Positions 35,106 to 44,826 of a stretch of DNA of 63,343 nt are shown here, one piece after another. Every line of letters starts with the position of its first letter. Position 1 is the first letter of the stretch. The stretch covers positions 1 through 63,343 of the forward strand of contig JAZREK010000070.1 of the NCBI GenBank assembly GCA_045660765.1, written 5' to 3'. Source of the stretch: Clostridia bacterium (GTDB lineage Bacteria; Bacillota; Clostridia; UMGS1883). The notes beneath the pieces were generated by a model. It worked only from the letters and a program-made list of their open reading frames with translations, was not told where the DNA came from and searched no databases. Made by a program: the position numbers and the translations under genes.

Positions 35106-35924
35106 ATGAAAAAGTTTTTAGCACTCGCACTTGTACTTATCCTTGCAGTTGCAACATTTACTGCATGTGGCGAAAAGAAAGATGCAGCAGATAAAAAAGA
35201 TACTCTTGTTTGCGGCGTTACAATTTTCGAAAACATGAACGAACAGAATCCCGACGGAACATGGACAGGTTTCGAAACAGAGTTCGCTCAGGAAGTTGGT
35301 AAGATTCTCGATATGGATGTTGAATTCCAGGTTATCGACTGGGGTCAGAAATACAACGAACTTAACTCAGGCGCTATCGATTGCGTATGGAACGGATTTA
35401 CAGCTAACTCAACTGACGAAGTTAACGGTGCTTCTGTAAAGCGTAGCGACCTCGTTGATTTCTCATACGGTTATATGCTCAATCAGCAGTGTGTTGTAGT
35501 AAAGGCAGAAAACGTTGACAAGATTAAGTCTGAAGCAGACCTTAAAGGTTTGAAAGCAGCCGTTGAAAGCGGTAGCGCAGGTGCTTCTTACGCAGCAACT
35601 GTTACAGACGAAGACAAAATTGCAGCTGCTCCTGCACAGATTGATACTTTCAAGGAAGTTAATTCCGGCGCAGTTGACTTTGTAGTTGTTGATATCATTC
35701 TTGCAAAGAACATCTGTGGTAAGGGCGACTACGAGAACCTTGCTATCGCAGAAGCAATCGAGCTTGATTCTGAAATCTACGCAGTTGGCTTTAAGAAGGG
35801 TAGCGAACTTACTGCAAAGGTAAACGAAGCTATTAAGGAACTTGAAGCAAACGGTAAGCTTATGGAACTTGCTAAGAAGTACGGTTTTGAAAACGTTCTT
35901 CAGGTAACAGAAACTATCGAATAA
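35106..35924 (+). CDS. amino-acid ABC transporter substrate-binding lipoprotein
   Basis: Lipobox ATFTAC and a family-3 SBP pattern (VIDWGQKYNELNSGAIDCVWNGF). Confidence 0.85.
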   Translation: MKKFLALALVLILAVATFTACGEKKDAADKKDTLVCGVTIFENMNEQNPDGTWTGFETEFAQEVGKILDMDVEFQVIDWGQKYNELNSGAIDCVWNGFTANSTDEVNGASVKRSDLVDFSYGYMLNQQCVVVKAENVDKIKSEADLKGLKAAVESGSAGASYAATVTDEDKIAAAPAQIDTFKEVNSGAVDFVVVDIILAKNICGKGDYENLAIAEAIELDSEIYAVGFKKGSELTAKVNEAIKELEANGKLMELAKKYGFENVLQVTETIE

Positions 35925-35949
35925 TTTGTAAATAAAGGAAAAAGTAATA

Positions 35950-36594
35950 ATGGATTTTTGGAACGTTACTTTAAGTCTACTGGAAGGTCTTGAAAAAACC
36001 TGTATGATCTTTGCGCTAACACTCGTGTTAGCGCTTCCTTTAGGTTTGATCATATCTTTTGGCTCTATGTCAAAATTCAAGCCCCTTTCATATCTTGTAA
36101 AAACATTTGTATGGATAATCCGCGGTGTTCCGCTGATGCTTCAGGTCATCATACTCTTTTATGTGCCCGGATTCATTCTCGGTTACCCGATACTTTCCCG
36201 ATTTGCTTCGGTTATAGCGGCGTTTGTAATAAACTATGCGTGCTACTTTTCGGAAATTTACCGCGGTGGCATTGAATCTATCAGCAAGGGACAGTATGAA
36301 GCAGGTCAGGTTCTCGGTATGACTAAATCACAGGTTTTCTTTAAAGTCATACTTATGCAGGTAGTAAAACGTATCCTTGCTCCTATGTCAAACGAAGTTA
36401 TAACCCTCGTTAAAGACACCGCGCTTGCTCGTGTTATTATGATTGTGGAAATCATTCAGGCAGCGCAGAACTTTGCAGGATATGGTCTTATGTGGCCGCT
36501 TTTCTATACCTCTGTATTCTATCTTGCATTTGTCGGAATTCTCACGCTTGTCTTCTCTTACTTTGAGAAGAAGCTTGATTATTACAAGAGTTGA
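35950..36594 (+). CDS. amino-acid ABC transporter permease
   Basis: His/Glu/Gln/Arg-type permease with EAA-like loop QYEAGQVLGMTKSQVFFKVILMQ. Confidence 0.85.
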   Translation: MDFWNVTLSLLEGLEKTCMIFALTLVLALPLGLIISFGSMSKFKPLSYLVKTFVWIIRGVPLMLQVIILFYVPGFILGYPILSRFASVIAAFVINYACYFSEIYRGGIESISKGQYEAGQVLGMTKSQVFFKVILMQVVKRILAPMSNEVITLVKDTALARVIMIVEIIQAAQNFAGYGLMWPLFYTSVFYLAFVGILTLVFSYFEKKLDYYKS

Positions 36595-36604
36595 GGTGGC
36601 ATAT

Positions 36605-37390
36605 ATGAGTATACTTGAAGTTAAAAATATAGTTAAAAATTTCGGAAAAATACAGGTTCTCAAGGGTATTGATTTTTCTATGGAAAAGGGCGAAGTTGTT
36701 GCAATTATCGGTTCTTCTGGCAGCGGTAAGACAACTCTTCTTCGCTGTATAAATTTCCTTGAAGAAGCAGACAAGGGCCAGATTTTTGTTAATGATCAGT
36801 GCATCTATGACGGTGAAAGCACCGAAAAGCGCACTCCTGCACAGATTCGTGAGGCTCAGCTTAATTTCGGTCTTGTTTTCCAGTCGTTTAATCTGTTTCC
36901 GCAGTACACAGCGCTTGAAAACGTGACACTTGCTCCCAAGCTTTTGGCGAAGGAACGCGAAGATTATAAAGAAAACAAAAAAGAAATCCTTGATGAAATC
37001 GAGGAAAATGCAAAGGCACTTTTGACACGTGTGGGACTTGAAGACAGAATGAATAACTATCCCTGTCAGCTTTCAGGCGGTCAGCAACAGCGTGTTTCAA
37101 TTGCGCGTGCTCTTGCTCTTAATCCCAAGGTTTTGTTCTTTGATGAGCCTACAAGTGCCCTTGACCCCGAGCTTACAGGCGAAATTCTGAAAGTTATCCG
37201 CGACCTTGCAAGCAAAGACGTGACAATGGTTATCGTAACCCACGAAATCGAGTTTGCAAGAAACGTTGCAGACCGTATTATCTTTATGGCGGATGGTGTT
37301 GTTCTTGAAGACGGCACTCCTGAAGAAGTGCTCGACAATCCGAGAAATGAAAAAACGAAGCATTTCCTCAATAAACTCAGTGAAAATTAA
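36605..37390 (+). CDS. amino-acid ABC transporter ATP-binding protein
   Basis: Walker A GSSGSGKTT, signature LSGGQQQR and Walker B LFFDEPTSALD. Start reset to the ATG at 36605. Confidence 0.9.
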   Translation: MSILEVKNIVKNFGKIQVLKGIDFSMEKGEVVAIIGSSGSGKTTLLRCINFLEEADKGQIFVNDQCIYDGESTEKRTPAQIREAQLNFGLVFQSFNLFPQYTALENVTLAPKLLAKEREDYKENKKEILDEIEENAKALLTRVGLEDRMNNYPCQLSGGQQQRVSIARALALNPKVLFFDEPTSALDPELTGEILKVIRDLASKDVTMVIVTHEIEFARNVADRIIFMADGVVLEDGTPEEVLDNPRNEKTKHFLNKLSEN

Positions 37391-37401
37391 AAGGTGATAT
37401 T

Positions 37402-37674
37402 ATGACAAAATCCAAAGATTTTAACGAGTTATATAAAGCAATACTTTCTCTCGAAAGCGAGGAAGAGTGCAGACTTTTCTTTGAAGACATCTGCACAATC
37501 AAGGAGCTTGAAACTATGTCACAACGCCTTGAGGTTGCGAAGATGCTTATCGGTGGCTCAACGTTCAACGAAATTGTTGCAAAAACGGGAGCTTCGACGA
37601 CGACAATTTCAAGAGTTAACCGCTGTCTTAACTATGGCGACGGGGGTTATCGCAAGGTAATAGATAAGAAATAA
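37402..37674 (+). CDS. YerC/YecD-family TrpR-like protein
   Basis: FFEDICTIKELETMSQRLEVAKML..G.T..EI...TGASTTTISRV pattern, 90 aa. Confidence 0.8.
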   Translation: MTKSKDFNELYKAILSLESEEECRLFFEDICTIKELETMSQRLEVAKMLIGGSTFNEIVAKTGASTTTISRVNRCLNYGDGGYRKVIDKK

Positions 37675-37708
37675 TAAATGCAGAATGCAAAGTGCATAAT
37701 GCATAATT

Positions 37709-37745
37709 AAAGAGCAGAGGTTTCAAAAAACCTCTGCTCTTTTGT
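37709..37745 (+). terminator. intrinsic terminator
   Basis: agagcagagg-tttcaaaaaa-cctctgctct followed by TTTG. Confidence 0.7.
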
Positions 37746-37793
37746 GTTGCCGTTAAGAGCGAAAAAGAACGGACAATTTTGTAAACTTTGTTG

Positions 37794-37935
37794 TTGCGAG
37801 TAGTATGGGGGACGGGGTGTTTTTTGTGAAGGGACGGGGACATTTTTGTAATCCAAAGGTGCACAAAAAATGAACCTGTCCCTAAACCCGTAACTAAAAT
37901 GACCTGTCCCCAAACGAGAGGTGCCGATTATCGTC
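37794..37935. repeat. REP-like family B: one unit nested in the loop of another
   Basis: Outer arms gggggacggggtgttttttgt ... actaaaatgacctgtcccc. The inner complete unit gggacggggacatttttgt-aatccaaaggtgc-acaaaaaatgaacctgtccc (37831-37882) sits in the outer loop. Conserved flanks ttgcgagtagtatg and caaacgagaggtgccgattatcg. Confidence 0.8.
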
Positions 37936-37959
37936 ATTCCGTAAGAGTGAGATAAATTA

Positions 37960-38087
37960 GTGCAGAACGCACAAACTGAACCCGTAGACATTCCGCATTT
38001 CACAGCAAAAAGGGGCAAGAATTGGTGCAGAAGGTGTAAACTGAACCCGTAGGTGTATAAAGATACTCCGCGGGTGAAGTTTACGCC
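37960..38087. repeat. family C palindromic element, two left-arm copies and a hairpin
   Basis: gtgcagaacgcacaaactgaacccgtag and gtgcagaaggtgtaaactgaacccgtagg ... ccgcgggtgaagtttacgcc. Compare 27116-27204. Confidence 0.6.
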
Positions 38088-38100
38088 TAACAAAACGCGT

Positions 38101-38136
38101 AAAAAAGCAATCCCCTTTAAATCGGGGATTGCTTCC
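38101..38136 (-). terminator. intrinsic terminator after sleB
   Basis: Minus strand gaagcaatcccc-gatttaaa-ggggattgc followed by TTTTTT. Confidence 0.7.
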
Positions 38137-38235
38137 TCTGTTCTCTCAAAGGCTCTTTGTAAAACGCCTTATTAAAAGATTCTTTATATATCCTTCCTTG
38201 CGTTTTGTGGTCGGTGCCGATTATCGACCCTTTTT

Positions 38236-38901
38236 TTAGTTACAGAAGACGTGGCGACCTATTGTACACACCACTTCACGCGTCCTTATCCACTGATTCG
38301 TCGCCGTTTTGGGATTATAATAATATATCGCACCGCCTGTCGGGTCCCAACCGTTTAATGCATCGCGTGCCGCACGGCGACTGCTTGCGTACATCTGCGC
38401 GTTTATCTGCCCGTCGTCGACTGCTGTAAATGCGCCTTTTTGATATACAACACCCGAAATTGAATTCGGGAAAGACGGGTGGTCAACGCGGTTTAGTACA
38501 ACAGCACCGACTGCGACCTGACCTTCGTAGGGTTCGCCACGCGCTTCGCCGTTAATTACACGTGCGAGGAGTTCAATATTAGCTTCGTTGGGTGATGCGG
38601 TATTTCCTCCGCCGCCACTATTTCCGCTACTGCTGTAAATACCCATGGCGTTCAGCGTTTTTTCGCCTGCAACACCGTCTGCGGTAAGTCCGTTTTTCTT
38701 TTGAAAGCTTCGTACTGCGTTTTCGGTCTGCCAACCATAAACTCCGTCTACCGCGCCATTGTAATATCCCCAGTTTTTAAGTTTTGTCTGAATTTTGCGC
38801 ACCTCGTCACCGCGCGAGCCATTTTTTGATACAGCAAATGCGTTTACACAAAAAACTAAAACCACTACCAGAGTAGTTATAAGTATGCGTTTTCTTTTCA
38901 T
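38236..38901 (-). CDS. sleB: spore cortex-lytic enzyme (PG-binding domain plus SleB-type hydrolase)
   Basis: Signal peptide; PG_binding_1-like GDEVRKIQTKLKNWGYYNGAVDGVYGWQTENAVRSFQKKNGLTADG; hydrolase part INGEARGEPYEGQVAVGAVVLNR..QKGAFT. Confidence 0.85.
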   Translation of the reverse strand: MKRKRILITTLVVVLVFCVNAFAVSKNGSRGDEVRKIQTKLKNWGYYNGAVDGVYGWQTENAVRSFQKKNGLTADGVAGEKTLNAMGIYSSSGNSGGGGNTASPNEANIELLARVINGEARGEPYEGQVAVGAVVLNRVDHPSFPNSISGVVYQKGAFTAVDDGQINAQMYASSRRAARDALNGWDPTGGAIYYYNPKTATNQWIRTREVVCTIGRHVFCN

Positions 38902-39071
38902 ACTGCGCCTCCTTTTCTAGCCACTGAAGTATTATCCGAACTCTGTTTTTTGCGTCCTCTTTTTCGTTGCCACTGTGTTAAAAGTCTTGCCCATACTACA
39001 TTCATTATTGTCAGAGGCGCTTTTTTTTATTCATTTTTTTGAAAAATCCCCCTTAAAACCGCAAAAAATGG

Positions 39072-39100
39072 TAGACATATATTTTTTTGTATGATAAAAT
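39072..39100 (+). promoter_or_regulatory. sigma-A-type promoter upstream of the small ORF and valS
   Basis: TAGACA, 17 nt, TAAAAT. Confidence 0.45.
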
Positions 39101-39126
39101 GATACAATCTAGGAGTGTGTAATTTT

Positions 39127-39297
39127 ATGAGCATTAAGGGAATTATTTTTATAACATTTGCGGTTTTGGGAGCAATCCTTAATTTTTCTGCAAATTGGGT
39201 TTCGGATAAGACAAAGTTTTCGGAACTGACTCTTAAAGTAATTTCTCTTGTAATTGTACTCTTATCAATCACACTACTCTTCATATTTGGTAAATAA
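39127..39297 (+). CDS. small two-TM membrane protein (hypothetical)
   Basis: MSIKGIIFITFAVLGAILNF...LKVISLVIVLLSITLLFIFGK. AGGAG lies 12 nt upstream, which is long spacing. Confidence 0.4.
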   Translation: MSIKGIIFITFAVLGAILNFSANWVSDKTKFSELTLKVISLVIVLLSITLLFIFGK

Positions 39298-39320
39298 CAT
39301 CTTGAAAGGATGGGTATACA

Positions 39321-41939
39321 TTGAAAAACATTGAAAAAACCTATAATCCGTCAGAAATCGAGGACAAGCTCTATAAAAAATGGATTGACGGCGGATATTT
39401 CCACGCTGAACCTGACAGCGAGAAGGAGCCTTACACAATCGTAATTCCTCCGCCCAATGTAACAGGTCAGCTTCATATGGGACATGCTCTTGACGAAACC
39501 TTGCAGGATATTCTTATCCGTTACAAGAGAATGCAGGGTTACAGCGCTCTTTGGGTTCCCGGAACAGACCACGCAGGTATTGCGACACAGATCAAGGTTG
39601 AGGAAAACCTCCGCGTTAACGAAGGTCTTACCCGTTACGACCTTGGTCGTGAAAAGTTCCTTGAAAGAGTATGGGACTGGAAGAATCAGTACGGCGACAG
39701 AATTATCAATCAGCTTAAGAAGCTTGGTTGTTCTTGCGACTGGGAACGCGAACGCTTCACAATGGATGAAGGTTGCTCCAAGGCAGTAAGAGAAGTTTTC
39801 GTAAACCTTTACGAAAAGGGACTTATCTACAAGGGTAACAAGATTATCAACTGGTGTCCCAGCTGTGCGACAGCTCTTTCTGATGCCGAGGTTGAATATT
39901 CCGAACAGGGCGGTCATTTCTGGCACATCCGTTACAAGATGAGCGATTCTGACCGTTATATCGAGATTGCTACAACTCGTCCTGAAACATTACTCGGCGA
40001 TACAGCTATCGCAGTTCATCCCGAGGATGAAAGATACGCTGACCTTGTTGGTAAGACTTGTATTCTTCCCCTCGTTGGTCGTGAAATTGTAATCGTTGCT
40101 GACGAATACGTTGAAAAGGACTTCGGTACAGGCGCAGTTAAGATTACACCTGCACACGACCCCAACGACTTTGAAGTTGGTCTTCGTCACGACCTTCCCA
40201 TCATCAATGTTATGAATCCCGACGCTACAATTAATGCTGAGGGTGGCAAATATCAGGGACTTGACCGCTATGAAGCGCGTAAGCAGATTGTAGCCGATCT
40301 TGAAGCATGTGGTGCACTTATTAAGGTTGAGGATTACACACATAACGTAGGTACTTGTTACCGTTGCGGTACAACTGTTGAACCTCTTACAAGTGACCAG
40401 TGGTTCGTTAAGATGCAGCCTCTCGCGGAAGAAGCTCTTCGCGTTGTTCGTGAGGGCGAGGTTGAGTTCGTACCCGAAAGATTTACAAAGACATATACAA
40501 ACTGGATGGAAAACGTTCACGACTGGTGTATTTCCCGTCAGCTCTGGTGGGGACACAGAATTCCTGCGTTCTACTGTGACACTTGCGGTGAAATGGTTGT
40601 AAGTAAGACTGATGTTGACACTTGTCCCAAGTGTGGTAAGCCCATGCGTCAGGAAAACGATGTTCTTGATACATGGTTCTCTTCAGCACTCTGGCCTTTC
40701 TCAACACTCGGTTGGCCTGAAGAAACACCCGAATATAAGTATTATTACCCCACAAGCACACTTGTAACGGGTTATGATATCATCTTCTTCTGGGTTGCAC
40801 GAATGATTTTCAGCGGGTGCGAGCATACAAAGAAGCCTCCGTTCCGCCATGTATTCATTCACGGTATCGTTCGTGACAGTCAGGGCAGAAAGATGAGTAA
40901 GTCACTCGGCAACGGTATTGATCCGCTTGAAGTTATCGACAAGTACGGCGCGGATGCTCTCCGCTTCACTCTTGCAACAGGTAACTCACCCGGAAATGAT
41001 ATGCGTTTCTATTGGGAAAGAGTTGAATCAAGCCGTAACTTTGCTAACAAGATTTGGAATGCAGCAAGATTCGTACTTATGAACCTTGAAATTGACAAGT
41101 GTTCAATGCCCGAAAAGCCCCAGACAGAAGATAAGTGGATTATTTCACGTTATAACAGCGTTGTTAAATCAGTTACAGAAAACCTTGATAACTTCGAGCT
41201 TGGCGTTGCTCTCGGCAACCTTTACGACTTTATTTGGGATGAATTTTGTGACTGGTACATCGAACTTGTAAAACCCCGTCTTTACGGCGATAATGAAGAA
41301 AGCAAACTTGACGCACAGAGAACACTCTGCTACGTTCTTACAGGCGTGCTCAAGCTTCTTCATCCCTTCATGCCTTTCATCACAGAAGAAATCTTCTGTG
41401 CTCTTCCCACAGGTGAAGAAACAATCATGACTTCACAGTGGCCTCTTTACACACCTTCTCTTTCTTTCCCCGAGGAAGAAAAGAAGATGGCAGTTATCTG
41501 CGATGCGATAAAGAGTGTTCGTAATATCAGAACTGAGATGAATGTTCCTCCGTCAAGAAGAGCAAGCATGATTATCGTAACAGAAGATAAAGAGCTTTTT
41601 GAAAGCGGAATTCTCTTCTACGAAAAGCTTGCAGGCGCAAAGGATGTCGTTGTAACAAATAGCGAAGACGCCGTTCCCGAAGGTAGCGTAAGCGTAATCG
41701 TTGAAGGCGCAAAGATATTTATGCCCATGGATGAGCTTATTGATACTGAAAAGGAAAAGGCTCGTCTTACAAAGGAAAAGGAAAAGCTTGAATCTGAAAT
41801 CGAAAGAGTTGAGAAGAAGCTCGCTAACGAAGGTTTCGTTGCAAAGGCTCCTGCAAAACTTATTGAAGAAGAAAAGGCAAAGGGCGAAAAGTACAGAGAG
41901 ATGTACGAAAAAGTCCTTGAAGCTCTTGCAAAACTTTAA
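39321..41939 (+). CDS. valS: valine--tRNA ligase
   Basis: HMGH (HIGH-type) and KMSKS motifs, C-terminal coiled coil, 872 aa. TTG start. Confidence 0.95.
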   Translation: MKNIEKTYNPSEIEDKLYKKWIDGGYFHAEPDSEKEPYTIVIPPPNVTGQLHMGHALDETLQDILIRYKRMQGYSALWVPGTDHAGIATQIKVEENLRVNEGLTRYDLGREKFLERVWDWKNQYGDRIINQLKKLGCSCDWERERFTMDEGCSKAVREVFVNLYEKGLIYKGNKIINWCPSCATALSDAEVEYSEQGGHFWHIRYKMSDSDRYIEIATTRPETLLGDTAIAVHPEDERYADLVGKTCILPLVGREIVIVADEYVEKDFGTGAVKITPAHDPNDFEVGLRHDLPIINVMNPDATINAEGGKYQGLDRYEARKQIVADLEACGALIKVEDYTHNVGTCYRCGTTVEPLTSDQWFVKMQPLAEEALRVVREGEVEFVPERFTKTYTNWMENVHDWCISRQLWWGHRIPAFYCDTCGEMVVSKTDVDTCPKCGKPMRQENDVLDTWFSSALWPFSTLGWPEETPEYKYYYPTSTLVTGYDIIFFWVARMIFSGCEHTKKPPFRHVFIHGIVRDSQGRKMSKSLGNGIDPLEVIDKYGADALRFTLATGNSPGNDMRFYWERVESSRNFANKIWNAARFVLMNLEIDKCSMPEKPQTEDKWIISRYNSVVKSVTENLDNFELGVALGNLYDFIWDEFCDWYIELVKPRLYGDNEESKLDAQRTLCYVLTGVLKLLHPFMPFITEEIFCALPTGEETIMTSQWPLYTPSLSFPEEEKKMAVICDAIKSVRNIRTEMNVPPSRRASMIIVTEDKELFESGILFYEKLAGAKDVVVTNSEDAVPEGSVSVIVEGAKIFMPMDELIDTEKEKARLTKEKEKLESEIERVEKKLANEGFVAKAPAKLIEEEKAKGEKYREMYEKVLEALAKL

Positions 41940-41996
41940 TAGAAAGTGACGATAATCGGCACTTATAAGTTCGAAATGTGAAATTCGAAATGATGG

Positions 41997-42028
41997 AAGG
42001 CATCCGCAAACGCGGATGCCTTTTTTTA
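41997..42028 (+). terminator. intrinsic terminator after valS
   Basis: aaggcatccgc-aaa-gcggatgcctt followed by TTTTT. Confidence 0.8.
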
Positions 42029-42040
42029 TATGCGTTTTGT

Positions 42041-42103
42041 TAACCGAAAGAGAGTAGTCCGAGACTGCCTTAAACTGTGGAATTTCGGTCACTTTCGTTT
42101 GCT
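42041..42103 (+). repeat. family A repeat, truncated copy 3 (5' ~63 bp only)
   Basis: taaccgaaagagagtagtccgagactgccttaaactgtggaatttcggtcactttcgtttg aligns with the first ~63 nt of copies 1 and 2. Confidence 0.7.
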
Positions 42104-42107
42104 TGTG

Positions 42108-42146
42108 TAAAAAAAGAGGAAGTTTCAAACGAAACTTCCTCTTTCT
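42108..42146 (-). terminator. intrinsic terminator after the NhaC-family gene
   Basis: aaagaggaagtttc-(g/a)ttt-gaaacttcctcttt with flanking T/A runs. Confidence 0.75.
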
Positions 42147-42164
42147 TTATGCCCCGTGGTATAT

Positions 42165-43745
42165 TTATTTTTTTAGTTTTTTGACCATATAAAGGAACAA
42201 GACGGTAAGGAGCACTCCCAATGGGAGAAGAATATACACACTCTTTATAAACGCGGAAACAATATACATTACAAATGATATTGCCGCAACGCTTATTGAG
42301 TAGGGCATCTGTGTTGAAACATGGTTGATGTGGTCACATTCTGCGCCTGCAGACGACATGATTGTTGTATCTGAAATGGGTGAACAATGGTCACCACATA
42401 CTGCACCTGCAAGGCATGCTGACATACCAATAATAAGGTTTACGCTGCCCTCGGGGAAGATTGCAACAACGATAGGAATGAGGATACCGAATGTTCCCCA
42501 TGATGTTCCTGTTGAGAATGAAAGGAAGCATGCAACAAGGAAAATAATCGCCGGAAGGAAATTGGCGAGTCCTGCCGCTGCACCTTCCATAAGACCTGCA
42601 ACATAGGCATCTGCACCGAGAAGTCCTGTCATATTTTTAAGCGATGTTGCAAGTGTAAGTATTGTGATTGCAGGCACCATTGCCATAAAGCCCTTGGGGA
42701 TAGAATCCATAGCGTCCTTGAATGTTATAACTCTGCGCAAAACAAGATAGATTATAGTAATAATGAGCGCCACAAGTCCGCCAAGGGGAAGACCTACTGT
42801 TGCATCGGTATTTGCAAATGCGTCGATGAAGTTTGCACCATCCAAAATCCCGCCTACATAAACAAGCGCAAATACACACACAACGATAAGCACGATTATG
42901 GGCATTATCAAATCAATAACTTTGCCTTTTGAAGAAACTTCTTCCTCTACATCTTCTTTTCTTTCGCCACTTGTGAAAAGGTCGCCGTTTTCAATTGCAT
43001 TCTTTTCGTGAAGCGCCATAGGGCCGAAGTCTGCCTTCATAATAGCAAGCGCCACAACGAACACAAGTGTAAGAAGCGAGTAGAAATTATAGGGAATCGC
43101 CTGAATGAAAAGCTTTAATCCCTGCCCTTCAGGAGCGAATTCAGATACCGCTGCCGCCCACGAAGAAATTGGAGCAATCATACAGATAGGCGCTGCCGTA
43201 GCATCTATAAGATATGCAAGCTTTGCTCGTGAAATCTTGTGAGTATCGGTGATGGGACGCATTACAGTACCAACTGTAAGACAGTTGAAATAGTCATCAA
43301 TAAAGATAAGTACGCCAAGAATAAATGTCGCAATAGCCGCACCTGTACGTGATTTGATGTTCTTTTCAGCCCACTTACCAAAAGCGTCACTACCGCCCGC
43401 CTTGTTGATAAGGTCAACAATTGCACCGAGAACAACAAGGAAAATGAATATTCCTGCTGTTCCCGAAACTGCAGAGATAATACCGTCGTTTATAACGGAG
43501 TCCACAGTTTTGAGAGGGTTAAAGTTCATTGCGAAAAGTCCACCCATCAGCACACCTATAAAGAGAGAGCTGTAAACCTCTTTTGTGATGAGCGCAAGGC
43601 CGATAGCGATAATCGGCGGGACAAGCGACCAGAATGTTCCTGCCATTTTAGATACTGCTTCCGCCTCCTGGGCAAAAGCCATTGCGGGGCATAGCAAAAG
43701 TGTTGCAAGCACCGCACAGATTGTGAAAAGTCTGTTTCTTTTCAT
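42165..43745 (-). CDS. NhaC-family antiporter/transporter (riboswitch context suggests lysine-related transport)
   Basis: 526-aa polytopic membrane protein with an NhaC-like pattern. AGGAGG RBS. Preceded by a lysine riboswitch. Confidence 0.8.
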   Translation of the reverse strand: MKRNRLFTICAVLATLLLCPAMAFAQEAEAVSKMAGTFWSLVPPIIAIGLALITKEVYSSLFIGVLMGGLFAMNFNPLKTVDSVINDGIISAVSGTAGIFIFLVVLGAIVDLINKAGGSDAFGKWAEKNIKSRTGAAIATFILGVLIFIDDYFNCLTVGTVMRPITDTHKISRAKLAYLIDATAAPICMIAPISSWAAAVSEFAPEGQGLKLFIQAIPYNFYSLLTLVFVVALAIMKADFGPMALHEKNAIENGDLFTSGERKEDVEEEVSSKGKVIDLIMPIIVLIVVCVFALVYVGGILDGANFIDAFANTDATVGLPLGGLVALIITIIYLVLRRVITFKDAMDSIPKGFMAMVPAITILTLATSLKNMTGLLGADAYVAGLMEGAAAGLANFLPAIIFLVACFLSFSTGTSWGTFGILIPIVVAIFPEGSVNLIIGMSACLAGAVCGDHCSPISDTTIMSSAGAECDHINHVSTQMPYSISVAAISFVMYIVSAFIKSVYILLPLGVLLTVLFLYMVKKLKK

Positions 43746-43793
43746 TGGTTTTCCTCCTGTGTTTTTGATTTACGGAAAATAAATTCCGCACAA

Positions 43794-43824
43794 ACAAAAA
43801 AGGTCACGATGTACCGTGACCTTT
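43794..43824 (-). terminator. riboswitch expression-platform terminator
   Basis: Minus strand aaaggtcacg-gtacat-cgtgaccttt followed by TTTTTG, between the aptamer and the RBS. Confidence 0.75.
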
Positions 43825-43865
43825 GGAAGAACAATGAAAAGTTATTCTATACCATAATTCGAAAT

Positions 43866-44029
43866 CACGATAGCACTCCACAAGGGTTTCCCCAGGTGAC
43901 AGTCCGACAGATATTCTCTGCCGACCCAGCAAATATGTACGGGCATACACATAAGCTTCGGCGGTGATTCCTTTCACTTTTACCAATTGCCATGATATAA
44001 AAGCTACTCTTAATAACCGCGCCTCTACC
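43866..44029 (-). ncRNA. lysine riboswitch (L-box) aptamer
   Basis: Minus strand GGTAGAGGCGCGG...AGTAGC...GGTAAAAGTGAAAGGAATCACCGCCGAAGC...CTGGGTCGGCAGAG...CTGTCGGACTGTCACCTGGGGA...TGTGGAGTGCTATC carries the conserved L-box blocks AGAGGCGC, GCCGAAG, CTGGGTC, ACTGTCA and TGGAGNGCTA. Confidence 0.8.
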
Positions 44030-44086
44030 ATTTTTTGTTTATAATGACACTATAATAGCAGATGTATTATGTTTTGTCAATATATT

Positions 44087-44821
44087 TTATTTTGCAAAAA
44101 TTTTCTTTACTTCTTCGTAACTTTTTAAATCCCCTATATCATATCTTTCGCCGGGCATCTTAAGAGCATATACATCCGTTTTTTCGCACAGATAAGAGAT
44201 AAAACTACCTGGAGCATCTACGCCACAACCTTCCTCAATTCCCTGTTTAACAAGGGGGAGCTGTTCGCGCTTATAGATATAGAACGGCGCAACGCACCAA
44301 TTACTCTTGGGGTCTTGTGGCTTTTCCTCCATTGAGATTACACGGAACTCGCTGTCGGGAATCATAACACCGCGCTTACGAAGGTCGTTTACATCCTCGT
44401 TATAACTGCACATAACGGTTGCACAGTTTTTCTCGCGGAAAAGTTCAACCATTGAAGAAAGCGAAAAGTCAAGAAGGTTATCGCCCGCCACGATTAAAAG
44501 GTCGTCGTCAAGGCCAAGCGTTTCAATGGCGAACTGAATATCCTTTACCGCACCAAGGCGTGTTTCGTTAGTCTCCGAACCATCGTCAATAATTGTAACG
44601 GGGTGTTTGAGTTTGTTTGTTTTCTTCCACTCTTCAAAATGCTCATAAAACTTGTGGTTTGAAATTATGATATGCTCATCAATACCCTCAATTGTGTCGA
44701 TATCATCCAAAAGATGGTCAAGGATGCTTTTTCCTGCCACTTCAAGAAGAGGTTTGGGGAAATTTTCGGTCAGAGGATAAAGGCGTGTTGCATATCCCGC
44801 TGCAAGAACTATGCTTTTCAT
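44087..44821 (-). CDS. sugar-phosphate nucleotidyltransferase family protein
   Basis: LAAGYATRLYPLTENFPKPLL is a G-x-G-T-R-L-type NTP-transferase motif. A GTG at 44830 is an alternative start. Confidence 0.75.
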   Translation of the reverse strand: MKSIVLAAGYATRLYPLTENFPKPLLEVAGKSILDHLLDDIDTIEGIDEHIIISNHKFYEHFEEWKKTNKLKHPVTIIDDGSETNETRLGAVKDIQFAIETLGLDDDLLIVAGDNLLDFSLSSMVELFREKNCATVMCSYNEDVNDLRKRGVMIPDSEFRVISMEEKPQDPKSNWCVAPFYIYKREQLPLVKQGIEEGCGVDAPGSFISYLCEKTDVYALKMPGERYDIGDLKSYEEVKKIFAK

Positions 44822-44826
44822 TAAAA

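Noticed and set aside
38902-39320. A T-box leader expected upstream of valS.
   Set aside because: There is no specifier-loop, AGAGA or T-box (..GGTGGTACCGCG..) sequence and no terminator/antiterminator pair. The region instead holds a promoter and a small membrane ORF.
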